Below are positions 28,133-42,305 of a DNA stretch of 64,000 bases, one piece after another (position 1 is the first letter of the stretch; each line of letters starts with the position of its first letter). The DNA is from the human T2T-CHM13v2.0 reference genome, Homo sapiens: NCBI RefSeq assembly GCF_009914755.1, contig NC_060925.1; one strand, 5' to 3'. Made by a program: the position numbers and the translations under genes. Under the pieces are notes generated by a model, which was not told where the DNA came from, made no database searches, and was given only the letters and a program-made list of their open reading frames with translations.

Positions 28133-28358
28133 AAAGGAAAGTTCTATTAGAAAGAAAGAATAGTGCAGAAGAGTGCAGCAGGGCATCTCAGCAAGAGAGG
28201 ACTGAGTGCACCCTGGTGGATTTTTCCTTAGGGGTATTTATGGACCTTAAATTGGGAGCTTAAGGGTAATCTGGACCATATTAGCCACATAGATCAGGAT
28301 AAATGATTTCATTTGTAGACATTTTGGTCCTTTAATGTCAGCAAGGGTTGCACAATGA

Positions 28359-28750
<392 letters not shown>

Positions 28751-29399
28751 CAGATACCTGCTTTATATAAGAGGGAAGTATAATTACTTCTGAATTCCTC
28801 AGATAAGGAGTTTTGCCTCTGGACAGTCTGCTTGATGGCCACCGGGTGATCTTTGCTTTCCTTGATTACATTTGGGGTTCCCTGGGTATCTGCTCTGGTC
28901 CCCTTGCCTCCCTAAAATCTAGGCACTATTGGCTTAAACCCTGCTGGTTTTACTCTCTTTTGGTCAGATTTATGGCAAAGGTGACATTTGCTCCCACCGT
29001 TGCTCCTCCTCCCAGCACTGCCTCACCTTCAGTGGTGGCCTCCGGAGCTCCGCCCCTGCAGAACACCCCTGCCCTCTGTGCCACCCTACCTGGGATGGGC
29101 ATCAACTCACACACCAACAGAATGTGTAATCACTGTTACATTTATACAAGTGTAGGGGCTCAGGGGGTTTGGATGTCCCTAAAGCTCATTCACAGACCTT
29201 TTGGTGAAGAACTTCAGCTCCCGGGGGTCCATGGGGAAATTCTCCAGGACCTATGCCTGTCCAGTGCAGAACGCTGAGAAGATTTTGCAGTTAGAGACTG
29301 AGCCCAAATTTTGAAACCTCAGGCCTGATGAGGACAAGCCCTACCCCACCCAGTGGCACCGGCAGCTGAAGCTTGGGCCCCAGGTTCTAGTCACAGAGG

Positions 29400-29642
29400 G
29401 GTCCCACTGCCTCCTTGGCCTGCTTCCTGCTGACTGAGCAGCCAGTGGGAGACTCCCCTAAGGCCAGTGGTTATTACGCTACATCCCACGGGGCTGATGG
29501 AAACACAGATTGGCGTCATGGTCTGAGGCTCCCCCTGAGCAAACCTGTGTGCTCCCTTTTTATCACAAGTCGTCCCTATAAATAAACTCTTGCTTTCCAA
29601 ATTCCCTCTTAGTGTCTGCTTCCCAGAGAACCTGGGCTGACA
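29400..29642 (+). mobile_element. ERVL LTR16-like fragment
   Basis: aataaactcttgc...ttagtgtctgcttcccagagaacc 3' end. Confidence 0.55.
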
Positions 29643-29889
29643 GGCATGAGGTGGCTGCTCCATAAAATGTTTATCTGAGCTTCAAAGTCATAACGATGCC
29701 TCCTGCACAAGGCTTATCTCCAGGGTTTCAGCTGCTGGAAAGCACCAACGCTATATAGACCTCCTACCTGAGTTTTTGCCTCCCCTGGAGCCTGGCAAAG
29801 GGGTGACTCCCTGAGTCACCAGAACCTAAATTCAAATGCTGGGTCTGCCTCTTGCCAGCTGCGTGAGCCGGCTGGCCTCTGCTGTGTGG

Positions 29890-29892
<3 letters not shown>

Positions 29893-29925
<33 letters not shown>

Positions 29926-30062
29926 AGACAGAGAGACAGAGAGAGTGTGTGTGTGTATGTGCACACCTGCCAGCCTTTGCCATGTGATCCACGTGTGTAT
30001 GAGTGTGAGAGTGTATGTGTGTGTGTATGAGTGGGAGGCTGTGTGTGTGTGTGTGTCTGTGT
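29893..30062. repeat. (TG)n/(GA)n compound microsatellite
   Basis: Directly visible. Confidence 0.95.
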
Positions 30063-30374
30063 GGGCAGGTGTATGTCCTTCTCTGGGTGTGCATGAAGCC
30101 TACCTCAGTGTCTCTTCTCTATTTCTCAATGAATCAATGAATTTCTCTCCCTCTCTTACTCGCTTGCTCCCCAATCCTATATTTTGCTGCTGGTACCAAC
30201 ATGGAAATCTGGGAGACTCAGATGGGGGTCCTTGAGTTCCAAGGGAGGAGGAATCTGCTTTTGTGCAGGCAGGCAGCTGTCAGCTGGGCATCAGGAAGGA
30301 AGGAACATGTTGCAAATCCAGTGGCCGGGGGAGGGGGGCGGCCCTGAGTCACCTCATCTAGAGGCAGCAGGAAA

Positions 30375-30570
30375 AACACCGGACTTTGAGCCAGAGAATC
30401 AGAGGAGGAGCCTGCTTCTTCCACTTCCTGTGTGACCTTGGGCAAGTTACTGAACCTCTCTGACCTCAGTGTCCTCATAATTAAAATGGGGCTATTGTAA
30501 AGATTAAGCGAGTTCATTGTTATAGAACTGGAAGCCCAGTGCACAGCACAGTGGGTGCAATAAATAGATG
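30375..30570 (+). mobile_element. MIR
   Basis: tgtgtgaccttgggcaagttactgaacctctctgacctcagtgtcctcat. Confidence 0.85.
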
Positions 30571-30874
30571 GATGAGTCTGGACTCAAAGGCTGCCCCCGC
30601 GCAGATGCAGGCCCAGAGGAGGATGACAGACAGAGGAACTGCTAGAGGTCAAGGAAGGAGATGAGGATGCGTCCTGGAGATGGATGCAGAGGACAGGCTG
30701 TGGGGACACTGCACACTGTGGGGTTCTTTCTCTTTGGCCCAGCCTTGGGCCTCTCCCTCCCCTGACGTCATGCACTCACAGTTCTCCCAACAGAAGGGTC
30801 GCTCCCAGGGCTCCACGGAGGTAGAAAGCTCATGGCTCACTGACCCCACACAAGCAAGCTGTGAAGGATACTGC

Positions 30875-32239
30875 TGTTACGGGATCTTTGGGGTGTCACT
30901 TTTCCAGCCAGAAACCTCTGTGGCCGGTGGCACATTTGCCTGAGTTCTTGTCCTGCAACCAGGAAGAATGATGTAAGCAGAAAAGTGGAGGGTGAGCAAG
31001 ATGAAAAGGAGCTTTATTGAGTGTTGGAACAGCTCAGAGAAGACCCACAGTGGGTAGCGCCTCTCTGTAGGCAGGTCTTCCCATCGAGTGTTCAGCTCTC
31101 AGCAGAGGAGGCCCTGGAGATGGTAGCTCCCCTCTGCAGCTGGTCATCCCATTGTCTCTCCATTCTCTGCCCTGCTCTGGCTGAGCCAGGGTTTTTATGC
31201 ACCTCAGAGGGGAGGAAGTGTGTGCTGATTGGTCCATGGGCAGCCATGGGTGGGCCCAGAAAATGCACCACAAGTCCCCACTCAGGTCAGAAGTTCTGGC
31301 AGTCTGGACTCCAGCCTTCAGGCCCTCTCTGGCCTGAAGGTGGGGCTTTACCAGGGACCTGCCGCCTTCCACCCAGGAATCTGTTTGCCTCCTGCTGCTG
31401 TTCGTGGCATCTAGGCTAGGCTCTGACTTTGCTCGAAGATGGAGCCAGTGCCAACAGCAGGGAGAAACAAGGCAGAAGGAGCAGGAACTTCAGAGCCTGC
31501 AAGGGCAGGGGGGCCTTCCTGGGCCCCCAAGAGTGCAGGGATGCCTGAGGCTGCAGCTACTGGTTTGGGCGGCCGCAGGTGTGCCTCGGGGGGCAGGACT
31601 CCTGCCTGCTCCGTGGAGCAGGAGGCCTCTATCTGCAGCCACTGTTTGGATGGCTGCAGCAGCACCCAGGAGGGCTGGGCTCCTGCCTGCTCCCAGCTCT
31701 CCAAGAGCACACAGAGGCCCAGGTCTACTAACCGAACTTAGGTGGCTACAGCCATTAGGGGTGGTGGGCAGGTGTCCAGGGCAGGGACAACATCACCAGG
31801 AGCTCCCCCATTGCCCTGGCACTCAGGGGTGGTCCAGGGCAGAGCAAATTGCAGCTGGGGCCTGGCCAGAGTGGTGGCTCAGTGGTCACACCGGCGTGGG
31901 GCAACCTTGGGGATACAGCCCCAGGCAGCCCTACAAACAGCCTCCTCCCAAGGCCCAGGAACCTGGCACCCTTGGCAGGGTAGGTGCAGTAGCCGTGCTG
32001 CTGGCCAGGTCCCTGAAGTGGGTGCCACTCCCACTTCCTGCCCCAGGCCCCTGAAGTCCAGTTCCAGCTCTGCATCGGGGGCCCTTTCTGCCTGACCATG
32101 CTGCTCACCTGCTGTGCTGCTGGCAAGTGACCCGGCCCGGTCCCGTCACAGTGGCCCCCGTCCGCCTCCTCCCCATGTCTTCCCTGCAGGGGCCAGCATG
32201 ATAGCAGTGGCCGCACTAGATGGCCCACTGCTGCCAACA
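30875..32239 (-). mobile_element. MER52 (ERV1) solo LTR inserted into a MIR
   Basis: tgttacgggatctttggggtgtcacttttcc...ccactgctgccaaca; perfect 4-bp TSD CTGC (30871-30874/32240-32243). Confidence 0.92.
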
Positions 32240-32387
32240 CTGCTGTCACCCATTTTACAGACGAGGACACTGCAGTGCGGGAGGCGGCTTGGCTCTGCTC
32301 TTCACCACTTCCAGGCTCCTGGCCCCTCCCTCTGGTGTCTCTACCACAGTGAATCTGCCTCCCGCTTCTCCTTCCTTCCCTGTCAAT

Positions 32388-32468
32388 ATCATCATCATTA
32401 TCATCATCATCATCATCTCCATCTCCTCCTCCTCCTCCTCCTCCCCCTCCTTCTCCTTCTCCTTCTCC
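32388..32468. repeat. (ATC)n-(CTC)n-(TTCTCC)n compound repeat
   Basis: Directly visible. Confidence 0.95.
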
Positions 32469-32599
32469 TGTCACTCTTGGTCTTTACTTTTCCACTTGGC
32501 CACCCTACATCCCGGCTTGGTGCCTCTGATCTCATGTCCAGAACTCCAGCCTCTGTCTGTTGTCCCCTCTGTCTCTGACTGTGTGTGGATGCAGATGTG

Positions 32600-32740
32600 T
32601 TTTTTATTATTATTTTATTAAATAGAGACAGGGTCTCTCTATGTTGCCCAGATCATCCTCAAACTCCTGGGTTCAAGTGATCCTCCTGCCTTGGCCTCTC
32701 AAACTGTGGGGATTACAGGCGTGAGCCTCTGTGCCTGACC
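32600..32740 (-). mobile_element. FLAM_C-like Alu monomer
   Basis: agagacagggtctctctatgttgcccag...caagtgatcctcctgccttggcc...gtgagcc. Confidence 0.85.
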
Positions 32741-32822
32741 AGGTGTGTGTGTTTCTGTCTAGCTCTGTCTGCATGTCTCTCTGTATGCATCTCTCTTTAT
32801 TTTTGTCTCTTTCTCTCTCCCA

Positions 32823-32823
<1 letters not shown>

Positions 32824-32866
<43 letters not shown>
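32824..32866. repeat. (CA)~21 microsatellite
   Basis: Directly visible. Confidence 0.97.
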
Positions 32867-32868
<2 letters not shown>

Positions 32869-33449
32869 GTCTTCCCCACCCCTCTCCTGGCTCCTTCCTG
32901 CTGCCTGGGCACCTGGCTCTTCTCTAGTGGCTGCTTGGTGGCTGACTGGGCTCCAGGTGTCTATTTCACTCTTGCCCAGGTACAGAAGCAAAGCAGGAGC
33001 CCCCAGATGTGGGGGAGGGGCAGAGAGCCAGGATTCAGCAGGAAGGTCCCAGCCTGGACCTGAACCTTCGAGGGAAGGTTTGGTTTTCCAAATCCAGACA
33101 TACCAAGCATTTCCTTTGTCTTTTTCTCTGGTTTCTTCCACTGGCCAGCACCTCCCTCTCTTCCTCTCTATCATCACCCCAAAGGGCACCCGGCCAGGCC
33201 TTTGGGATGCCTGTGGGGCAGGACTCCCTGGGTGCAGAGCTTTAAACAGGTGGGAGGAAAGAGGGAGGAGCGGAAGAGAGAACTTGAAGCAGGGAGGGCC
33301 TCTGCTCAGCCATGCTGAACTTATCTAGCCCTCTTGGGCCGCCCCCAGGCACCCTCTCCATGAAGACCTGGCAGACATGAGCCCAGGCCCGAGGTCTCCC
33401 CTACTCTGTGGCTCCTCTGGCATCTGGACGTGTTGCCTCACTGTGACCT

Positions 33450-36400
33450 TCAGCAAGATGGAGCAAGCACGTGTATCACACCATATTTTGTAGATGGAAA
33501 AATTAAACAGAGGAACAACTTGCCCAAGGTCACTCAGAAAGTAGGTGCAGAACCTGGACCTAGGACCCAGGTTCCCTTACTGAACTCTCTCCAGATTTCC
33601 CAGGGCCTAAGGTCCCCACAGCCCCCTTTACTCTCACCAAATCTTCATGTGCTGGCTTCTTTTCCACAGTCTACTCTCTGCTCAAGTGAAGCAGAGAGTA
33701 GAGTGTGTCTAGCCTCCTTCCTTCAAGAAGCCCTCCCTGACTACCCCAACTAAAGCAGCCTCCTCTCCCTGCCTGGCACTTACTAACATCCCATCCTGTT
33801 TTACTCTGGTCACAGCCCTTATCACATCTGAAATCAGCTTGAGCACTTACTTGGGCAACTCACTTCCTCTGAGCCTAAAATCTTCACTACTAAAGCAATG
33901 TCTATAGTGGCCCCACCTCACAGGATAGAGGAGAAGAGACAGCTCCATGGAGTGCCAAGCACCTGCCAGGGGCCCAGTGAGGGCTCAGAGACCGCTGGCT
34001 GCTGTGAAGGAAACAGCAGCCCCGTGTCCTGGGTGCTTGGCCCTGGGACACAATGGAGACAGAACCTGATTTGGGGGTACTGCCAGGAACATCTGTAAAC
34101 AGCCATCCCACAAGGAGTGAAGCCTCGACTGAACAACAGCAAGAAGCAAAGGGCTGCAAACATAATCAGTGCAGCCCGGAGGGCAAGAACCTTGACCTCA
34201 TTTGGTGACCAAGAAAACAGAGGCTTAGAGATGGGAGGTGATACATGTGGGGTTGCAAGATCATTCTGCTAGTAGGTGACAGAGTCCAGATGAGACCAGG
34301 CTGACCCAGCTCTGAAATCAGCTGTGTTTTTAAATTTTAAGACAATAATCCATGAAGGAAGTCGAGGAGGTCCCTGGGGCGTCAGCTGGGCAGGAGGAAG
34401 GAAGCCAGTTTTCCTCATATCACTTACTGAATGTGACAGTGACCACTGCTGGGCTTGATGCCCCTCCACAGGATGTACTGTAAGACAAAGAGTTGACGTC
34501 TGGCTTCTCTGCACTGGTGGAGCTGCCTCCAGTCTCCTGGAGGGCAACCAAACTCTGAAATGTTCTCTTACCCAGAAAGCCCTGTCCACTCTCTATTAAG
34601 ACCATAAATCTCTGAGCTCCCCATCACTGACTGGGGTGCGGGGTGGTGAGGGAAGTGGCACCAGCAAGGCTTGCCAAGCCCCACAGTCTTAAACCTTGCA
34701 GCCTCTGAATATGTCACCTTTAATACCCCGTGCTGGCACTGGGGGCTCATTGACTTTCCTTCTCAGTCACCATCTTCAAGCTGCTCTAGTCCAGCCCTAT
34801 GTGACACAGAGTCTGCTTCTACACTGAGGGGGAGCCCGCCCCGCACCTAGACTGCTCCAGGCCAAGCGCCACTTTGGAGCATGGAAGGGGGAAGGGAGGG
34901 GAGGCTCCTGAGGGCTGGGGATGCCCAGGCAGTGCAGAGGGAGCACAGGCCCTACTGTGGGAGTCAGAGGCTTAGGGCTAAGGCTCTGAATGGGATTCCA
35001 TTGCCTCCAGATTAAGGCCAGCTCCTCCTCTGACCAGCTGTGTGAACGAGTCCACTGTGCCCTCTGTTACCAGGAGTCATGACAGTGCCTACTCCAAGGG
35101 AATGTGGTCAGGACGAAATGAGACATTGATTCCAAAGTGCAAAGCCTGGTGCTTAATAACTGCTCATTGTTGCTGTAAATGAGCCTGGGGATATAGCCTT
35201 ATCCCATGATCCTCTTCCACCATGTTCTTAACAACACTTTGAACAGATGGCATCACCCCAGTTGACAGATGAGGAATCCAAGACTGGAGCAGAGAAGGAG
35301 GCTGCCCAAGGCCACATGCAGTCCCATGGCAGAAGACAGAGTTTCCAGCCCTAGGCAGACTCATCCACCCACCCTGCTCTCTCCCCGAGCTGAAAAATGC
35401 TGCCATCTCTCAGTTGTTCTCAGCATGTTCTTCTCAAATGGCATCTGATCCACATCCCCTGAGGTTGCACTTTGGCAGAGGAAACTTGCAGTCAGGGCCT
35501 GGCTCCATCAGAGCAGGTGCATGGGCCTCAGTTCAGAAGAGAGTTGGGCTCAGACGGTTCCAGAGGCTCCAGATGGCTCCAGGAGCCCTTGAGGGCTCAG
35601 AGCTAAAATCTGGCCCTGGCCTGACTCCTGCATCTGCCCTTGAAACTTAACACAACTCCAGAGGAGGGACTTCTGGGGCAAGGAGAGCTCGGGGTGACTC
35701 AGGACTTCAGATACATTTTCAATGGAAAGACCAGGAAGAAATGATGTCAGAGAAAAGCCCACATGGCTTTGCCTGTGTGCTGAGAATGATATTATCACTA
35801 ACTACTGACTCTTGCCAAGCCCTTGGTCCGTGCAAGCCACTGTGCTGTGAACACTTGGTGTGTACTATCCCCCATGAGAGCCCATTGAGATAGACTCAAT
35901 GTTTATGCCCATTTAACAGATGAGGAGGCTGAGGCCTGCCCAAGGGCTCAAACCCGGGGCCAGAAGGAGGTGAAGCTGGGATTGAAACCCAGGCCCATTG
36001 TCCTGAGGATGAACTGTCACTTTCTTACTTAAGCACCCAGTATAGAGATGCCAGTTGGAACTTCCTCACAGTGAGTAGCAGCAAATTGAATCTAGAGTCC
36101 ACTGGGGAGGACACCCATTTTCTGGAGAGCTCCTGAGTCCGGAGGATGATCAGAGGTGAGCTCAGAAGGGCATAAAGGAGTCAGGGGTCCACCACTCATT
36201 CCCTCCCCTACCCTCAAGAGCTCTTCCTTCATCTTAAAAGGCAGGAAAAGCCTGAGTCCAGCACCTGGGTGACCTCGCCTGACTCAGCCCATGGGTGCAG
36301 ATGCAAAGGAAAGGATCTAGAGTGTGTGCCTTGGGGACAGGGCAGCCTAGCAGTTAGGAGCACTGGCATTGGAGTCTCATGGAAGAGTTTGAGCTCCAGC

Positions 36401-36620
36401 TCTGTGATTGACAAGCTGTGCATCGTTAAACAACTTACCTTACCTCTCTGTGCCCACATTTCCTCACCTGTGAAATGGCATTGAGGATATCTGTAAGGAA
36501 TTACAAATAAGGAAATTAAACAAGTAGAGCTAATATTAAATAAGGAAATAAAAACAAATAGAGCTAATATTATAAAATGTGTACTTTGTGCCAGGCACTA
36601 TTCTGAATGCTTTAAACTGA
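33450..36620. mobile_element. Cluster of MIR and L2 fragments in both orientations (approx. 33470, 33700, 33850, 34210, 35020, 35250, 35830, 36350, 36570)
   Basis: Repeated MIR cores (acagatgaggaaactgaggc, acttgcccaaggtcac) and L2 ttcaagaagccctccctgac; boundaries approximate. Confidence 0.65.
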
Positions 36621-37308
36621 ATTAGTAGATGCTGAGATATGGATGGCAATAGAGGCAGGCTGAAGCCGTGGTCTATCCTCTGCAAAACTGTGCCAAAATG
36701 AGGGGACAGTACTTAGAGCAGGCCAGGAATATCCTAAAATCAGCATTTCTCCATGTTTGGTCTGCACACAACCTTTCATCAGAGTCACCTGGGAAGAGAA
36801 GGGCAGTGTGGTAAGGTGGGAGGTGTCTACCTGAATTACAGATTCCTTGGCCCTGTCTGATACAGAATCAGAATCACTGGGACCTAGGGATCAGCATGTT
36901 GAATAGACATGTCGACTCTTGGCCAGGTGATTCTTAAGCCTCCTGAAGATTTGGACTCAGGGACTGAGTGTGCAATGAAAGTGGTTATGAGTTTATGTCA
37001 CAAATTTCAAGGCCAAACAGCCAGAGCCCTCGGTTCTAGAGCAAGCCCTGCCACAAACAAGCCACAGCACCAATGAAGCCATCCACATTCCCTTGTCTCA
37101 GTTTTTCTGCACATATAACACGGATTCTGCTCCCCACACCACCCAGCTCATGGGACACACATGAGTGTGAAGGAGCTGGCGACTGTGGGTATGGGCTGGT
37201 AACTGTGCAGGAGGCCCTGAGTCACCCTGACCCAAGATTTAATTCTAGCTCTGCCATTGATGTCATTTTAATTTCCTTGTTGTTTTTTTACTATATTTTA
37301 AAATTATT

Positions 37309-37603
37309 ATTATTATTATTATGGAGATGGAGTCTTGCTCTGTTGCCAGACTGGAGTGCAGTGGCACAATCTCAGCTCACTGCAAATCTCTGCCTCCCGG
37401 GTTCAAGCAATTCCCCTGCCTCAGCCTCCCGAGTAACTGGGACTGCAGGTGCGCACCACCACGCCTGGCTAATTTTTTGTACTTTAGTAGAGACGGGGTT
37501 TCACCACGTTGGCCAGGATGGTCTCGATCTCCTGACCTTGTGATCCAACCGCCTCGGCCTCCCAAAGTGCTGGGATTACAGGTGTGAGCCACTGTACCTG
37601 GCC
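37309..37603 (-). mobile_element. AluSc-type element with (TTA)n tail
   Basis: Full antisense Alu; TSD aaaattatt at 37300-37308/37604-37612. Confidence 0.95.
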
Positions 37604-38132
37604 AAAATTATTTTTTAGTGGTTGCCTTGGAGATTATAATGAACAGAGTAGTTTAAAACAATTTAGCTCAGATTAATACCAATTTCATTTCAATAGTGTA
37701 CAAAAACTTTGCTCTCAGGAAGCTCCATTACCTCTCCCTTCCTTTGTGCTATTACTGTCATGCAAATTATCTTCATACATTAGAATCCTACCAACACAGA
37801 TTTATAATTACTGCATTGTTTCAGTTCTTTAAAATCAGATGAGAATAAAAGAGTTACATGAAATGCATTTACATTGTCTTTTACACTTACCGTTTAGAGA
37901 TACCTTTTATATTTACCTTTTAGAGATATCTTTACTGGTGCTCTTGTTTTCTTCCTGTGGATTCCAGTTACCGTCCTTTCAAAGTCCTTTCATTTTAGCC
38001 TGATGCACTCTCTTTGGTACTCCTTGTAGATAGAGCGTCTCTGCTAGTGACAGATTCTCTCCGTTTTTGCTTATCTGGAACATCTTAATTTTTCCTTCTG
38101 TTTTGAAAGATAGTTTCCCTGGATATAGAATT

Positions 38133-38702
38133 TTTTTATGTAAATACAAATGAGTTTATTACTATAACTTTAAATGAAGTAATAAGTGTATGTTTTTAAA
38201 TTCCCAGTTTTAATTTTTAATATGGTATATATTGATAGATATGACCCACCCACATTGACAAAAGGTCGTCAGTGATTTTTTTTAATTTGGTGCCCTCTCT
38301 TCTTTAATTAATTAATTATTTTTTATTTTGCTTTAAGTTCTGGGATACGTGTGCTGAATGTGCAGGTTTGTTACATTGGTATACATGTGCCATGGTGGTT
38401 TGCTGCACCTATCAACCCGTCATCTAGGTTTTAAGCCCCACATGCATTCATATACAACCATCTGGTCTTCAACAAACCTGACAAAAACAAGCAATGGGGA
38501 AAGGATTCCCTATTTAATAAATGGTGCTGGGGAAACTGGCTAGCCATATGCAGAAAACAGAAACTAGACCCCTTCCTTACACCATATACAAAAATTAACT
38601 CAAGATGGATTAAAGACTTAAATGTAAAACCTAAAATCATAAAAACCCTAGAAGAAAACCTAGGCAATACCATTCAGGACATAGGCATGGGGAAAGACTT
38701 CA
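38133..38702 (-). mobile_element. Twin-primed L1PA8-like insertion with 3' transduction
   Basis: TSD tggata(t/c)agaatt at 38120-38132/38703-38715; non-L1 38138-38302; antisense 3'UTR 38303-38448; sense ORF2 piece 38449-38704. Confidence 0.85.
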
Positions 38703-41331
38703 TGGATACAGAATTCTTGATTCATTTTTTTTTTCTTTGAGCACTTTGTATCTGTTACCCTACTGCCTTCTGGCCTTTATGGTTTCTGATGAGAAGTGCC
38801 AGCATTAATCTTATTGAGACTTTCTCATATATAAGCAGGAGTCATTTCTCTCCTGCTGCTTTCAAGATACTCTCTTTGTCTTGGTCTTTTTGACAATTTG
38901 ACTATGTGTGTCTAGTGTGTATTTCTTTGCATTTATCCTACACGGAGTTTGTTGAGCTTCTTGGGTTTGTAGGTTGATGTTTTCTTCAAATTTGGGAAAT
39001 TTGCAGCCATTATTTCCTAACAATGTCTGTTTTTCTCTTTGCTCTCATTCTGGAAGTCCCATCATGTGTATGTTGGTATGCTTGATAGTGCCGTATAAGC
39101 TTCTGAGCTTCTGTTGTTTTTCTTTTTTTCTATCTATTCCTCAGGATGAGCAATCTCTTACTACTTATTTTCATGTTCACTATTTTTTTTCTTCTACCAC
39201 CAACTCACATCTATTATTGAGTCACTATTGAAATATCCATTTCAGTTGTTGTAGCTTCCAGCTTCAGGATTTCCATTTGACTATTTTAAAATGTAATTTC
39301 TATCTCACTATTTGGAGAAACATTGTTTGCAGACTGTCTACTAATTATTTGGACATGGTTTCTTTTTGTTGTCTGGACGTATTTATAATAGCTATCTTAA
39401 AGTCTTTGTCTAGTAAGTCCAAACTCTGAGCTTTCTCAAGGATGGTTTCTATTGACTACTTTTTTTTTTTTAACCTGCGTATGGGTTGTATTCTTCTTTC
39501 TTTGCATGCCTTGTAAAATTTTTCTGTTGAAACTGGACACCTTAAATAATCTAATGGGACAACATATGAAATCAGATTTCTAATGCCCTCCTTGGACTTT
39601 GTTGTTGCTGTTCCTGCTGCTGCTTCTCTGTTGAGTGGCTTTCTTGAACTTAGTCATTAAAGTCTGTATTTCTTATTATGTGTGGTGGCTGAATTCTCCA
39701 CTCAGGTAACTTAGTGGTCTATGATTCGACAGAGATTTCCTCAAATACCTTGAACCAATAATCTCTCACTCTTTGCCAAAAGGCCCTGTGTGATTTCAGG
39801 ACACACCTTCCACATTCTAGTAGTTTACAATTCTGCCTTGACCCCACACTTCCTGCTTGCACAGGGCCTCAAGGTCAGCCAGAGATGAAAGAGGAGAGCT
39901 TTCACGGGTCTTTCCTGGGTGTAGGCTCAGCCCTGTACATGCACAAGGACTTCTGGAGCCCCAGGAATATGCTGACACTTTTCAATGCCCCCTACCTATG
40001 GATATTTAACTTTCCAGATCCTCCTTTTAAGTTTCTTGGCCAGCATATTGTTTGCTTCAACTGGTATTACTGTCTTCTCTGCTGCAAGGATAAACAATTT
40101 CTGCTGATTGTTTTTAGCAAACACCCTGAAGATAGGGCTTTCCCCAGTGAGTGACCTCTGAGTTAGGTCAAATAATGATAAGCCTTGTAATGGGGCTTAT
40201 CCAGTGAGCTGCCAAACAGAGAAAATGGTGACAGTTCTCTGGGTCTTTGGAGGAGCACCCAAACTGGTCTTCCCTCTCCAGCAGCTGCTATGCTGCTGGT
40301 GCTCACAGCTACAATGGCTGCTAAGTTGTTGCTTTTCAAGGCTACTACACAGGAGGAGCAGAACAGGGTAAGTTAAACCACCACAGAACTCTCTGTTCTT
40401 ACTGAGATTCAGTAGTTGTTCTTGAACAGACGCTCCTTGGATTGTTGCAAGCCTTTGATTAATTTCCAGACTTTCTGAACAAGTTGATTTTGACAATTTT
40501 ACCAGTGTTCTTGTTTCTTTCATAGAGGAGCAGAATGTTTAAAGGCCCTTCCTCTGCCATTCCAGAATTCCTACCTTAAAGGCAGCTATTTGTGCTATTA
40601 CTTTTTATAATAGCTTTATTGATGTATAATTCACATATCATAAAAATCACCCATTTACAATGTACAATTCAATGGTATTTAGTATATCACAGATATGTGC
40701 AACCATTACCACAATCAGTTTTAGAACATTTTTATCACCTGATAAAGAAATCCCATACCCTTTAGCTATCAAACCTTTATTCTTCCATCCCCCAAGCCCC
40801 AAGATTAGATAACCACTAACCTATTATGTGTCTGTATAGATTTCCATCTTCTTGACATTTTATATAATGGAATCATGTAATATGTGGTCTTTTGTAACTA
40901 GCTTCTTTTACTTAGCATAATGTTTTCAAAGTTTCTTCAAGTTGTAACATGTATTAATACTTCATTCCTTTTTATGTTCAAATAATGTTCTTTTCTATGG
41001 TTAAACGTTTTGTTTATCCATTAGTCAGTTAATGGGCATTTGGGTTGTATCTACCTTTTGGCTATTATGGGTAGGCCACTGTAAGCATTTGTGTACAATT
41101 TTTGTGTGGACATATGTTTTCATTTATCTTGGGCTCATATCGAGGAGTAAAATTGATGGGTTTTATTGTAACTCTATGTTTAACACTTTCATGAATTGCC
41201 AGAATGTTTTCCAAAATGGCTACACCTTCTACATTCTCACCAGCACTGTATAAGGATTCTAATTTCTCCACATCCTTGACACTTGTGACACTTTTTAGAT
41301 TCATCTGATTTTTCTAGTAGGTATGAAGTAG

Positions 41332-41708
<377 letters not shown>

Positions 41709-42305
41709 TGTATATCTTCTTTGGATAAATATATATTCAAATCCTTTGCCCATTTTAATTGAATTATTTGTATTTTTATTGTTGAGTTATAAGAGTTTTT
41801 ATATAATCTGTCCTAGACATATGTTTAGCAAATCTGTCATATATATATATATAATATATATATATCTGTCATAGATATATGTTTAGCAAACACATAAGAT
41901 ATACGTTTAGCAAACACATTGCCCCAGTCTTTGGCTTGTCTTTTAAGTTTCTTGGCAGTATCCCTTGATGTACAAATGTTTTTAATTTTTATTAAGTTGT
42001 TTACCTATTTTGCTTTAATAACTCATGCTTTAGGTGTCATATCTAAGAATTCATTGCCAAATCTGAGGTCATGTGGATTTACCTGTATGTATTCTTCTAA
42101 GAGTTGTATAGGTTTAGCTCTTAATTATGCGTGAGCCATTTTGAATTATTTTTCATATATAGCCTAGGGTACAAGTTCAACTTCATTCCTTTGCAGATGG
42201 CTATCCAGTTGTCATAGTACCATTTGTTGGAAAACAGTTCTTTTCCCCATTGATTTTTCTCAGCATGCTTGTCAGAAATTAGTTGACTATAGACACATGG
42301 GTTTA

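Larger units (their letters stand above)
37260..40570 (-). mobile_element. Old L1M ORF1 and 5'UTR, antisense, carrying Alu and L1PA8 inserts
   Basis: ttgaaagatagttt...ctgccttctggcct...gtttctgatgagaag; tcttaaagtctttgtctagtaagtccaa; L1M 5'-end motifs near 40.4-40.56 kb. Confidence 0.75.

Noticed and set aside
30875-32290. CpG-island promoter
   Set aside because: The GC richness is intrinsic to MER52 and many CpGs have decayed to TG/CA.
31021-32621. Several 130-240 aa ORFs (poly-G/D, poly-H/L)
   Set aside because: They are explained by the GC-rich MER52 LTR plus trinucleotide repeats.
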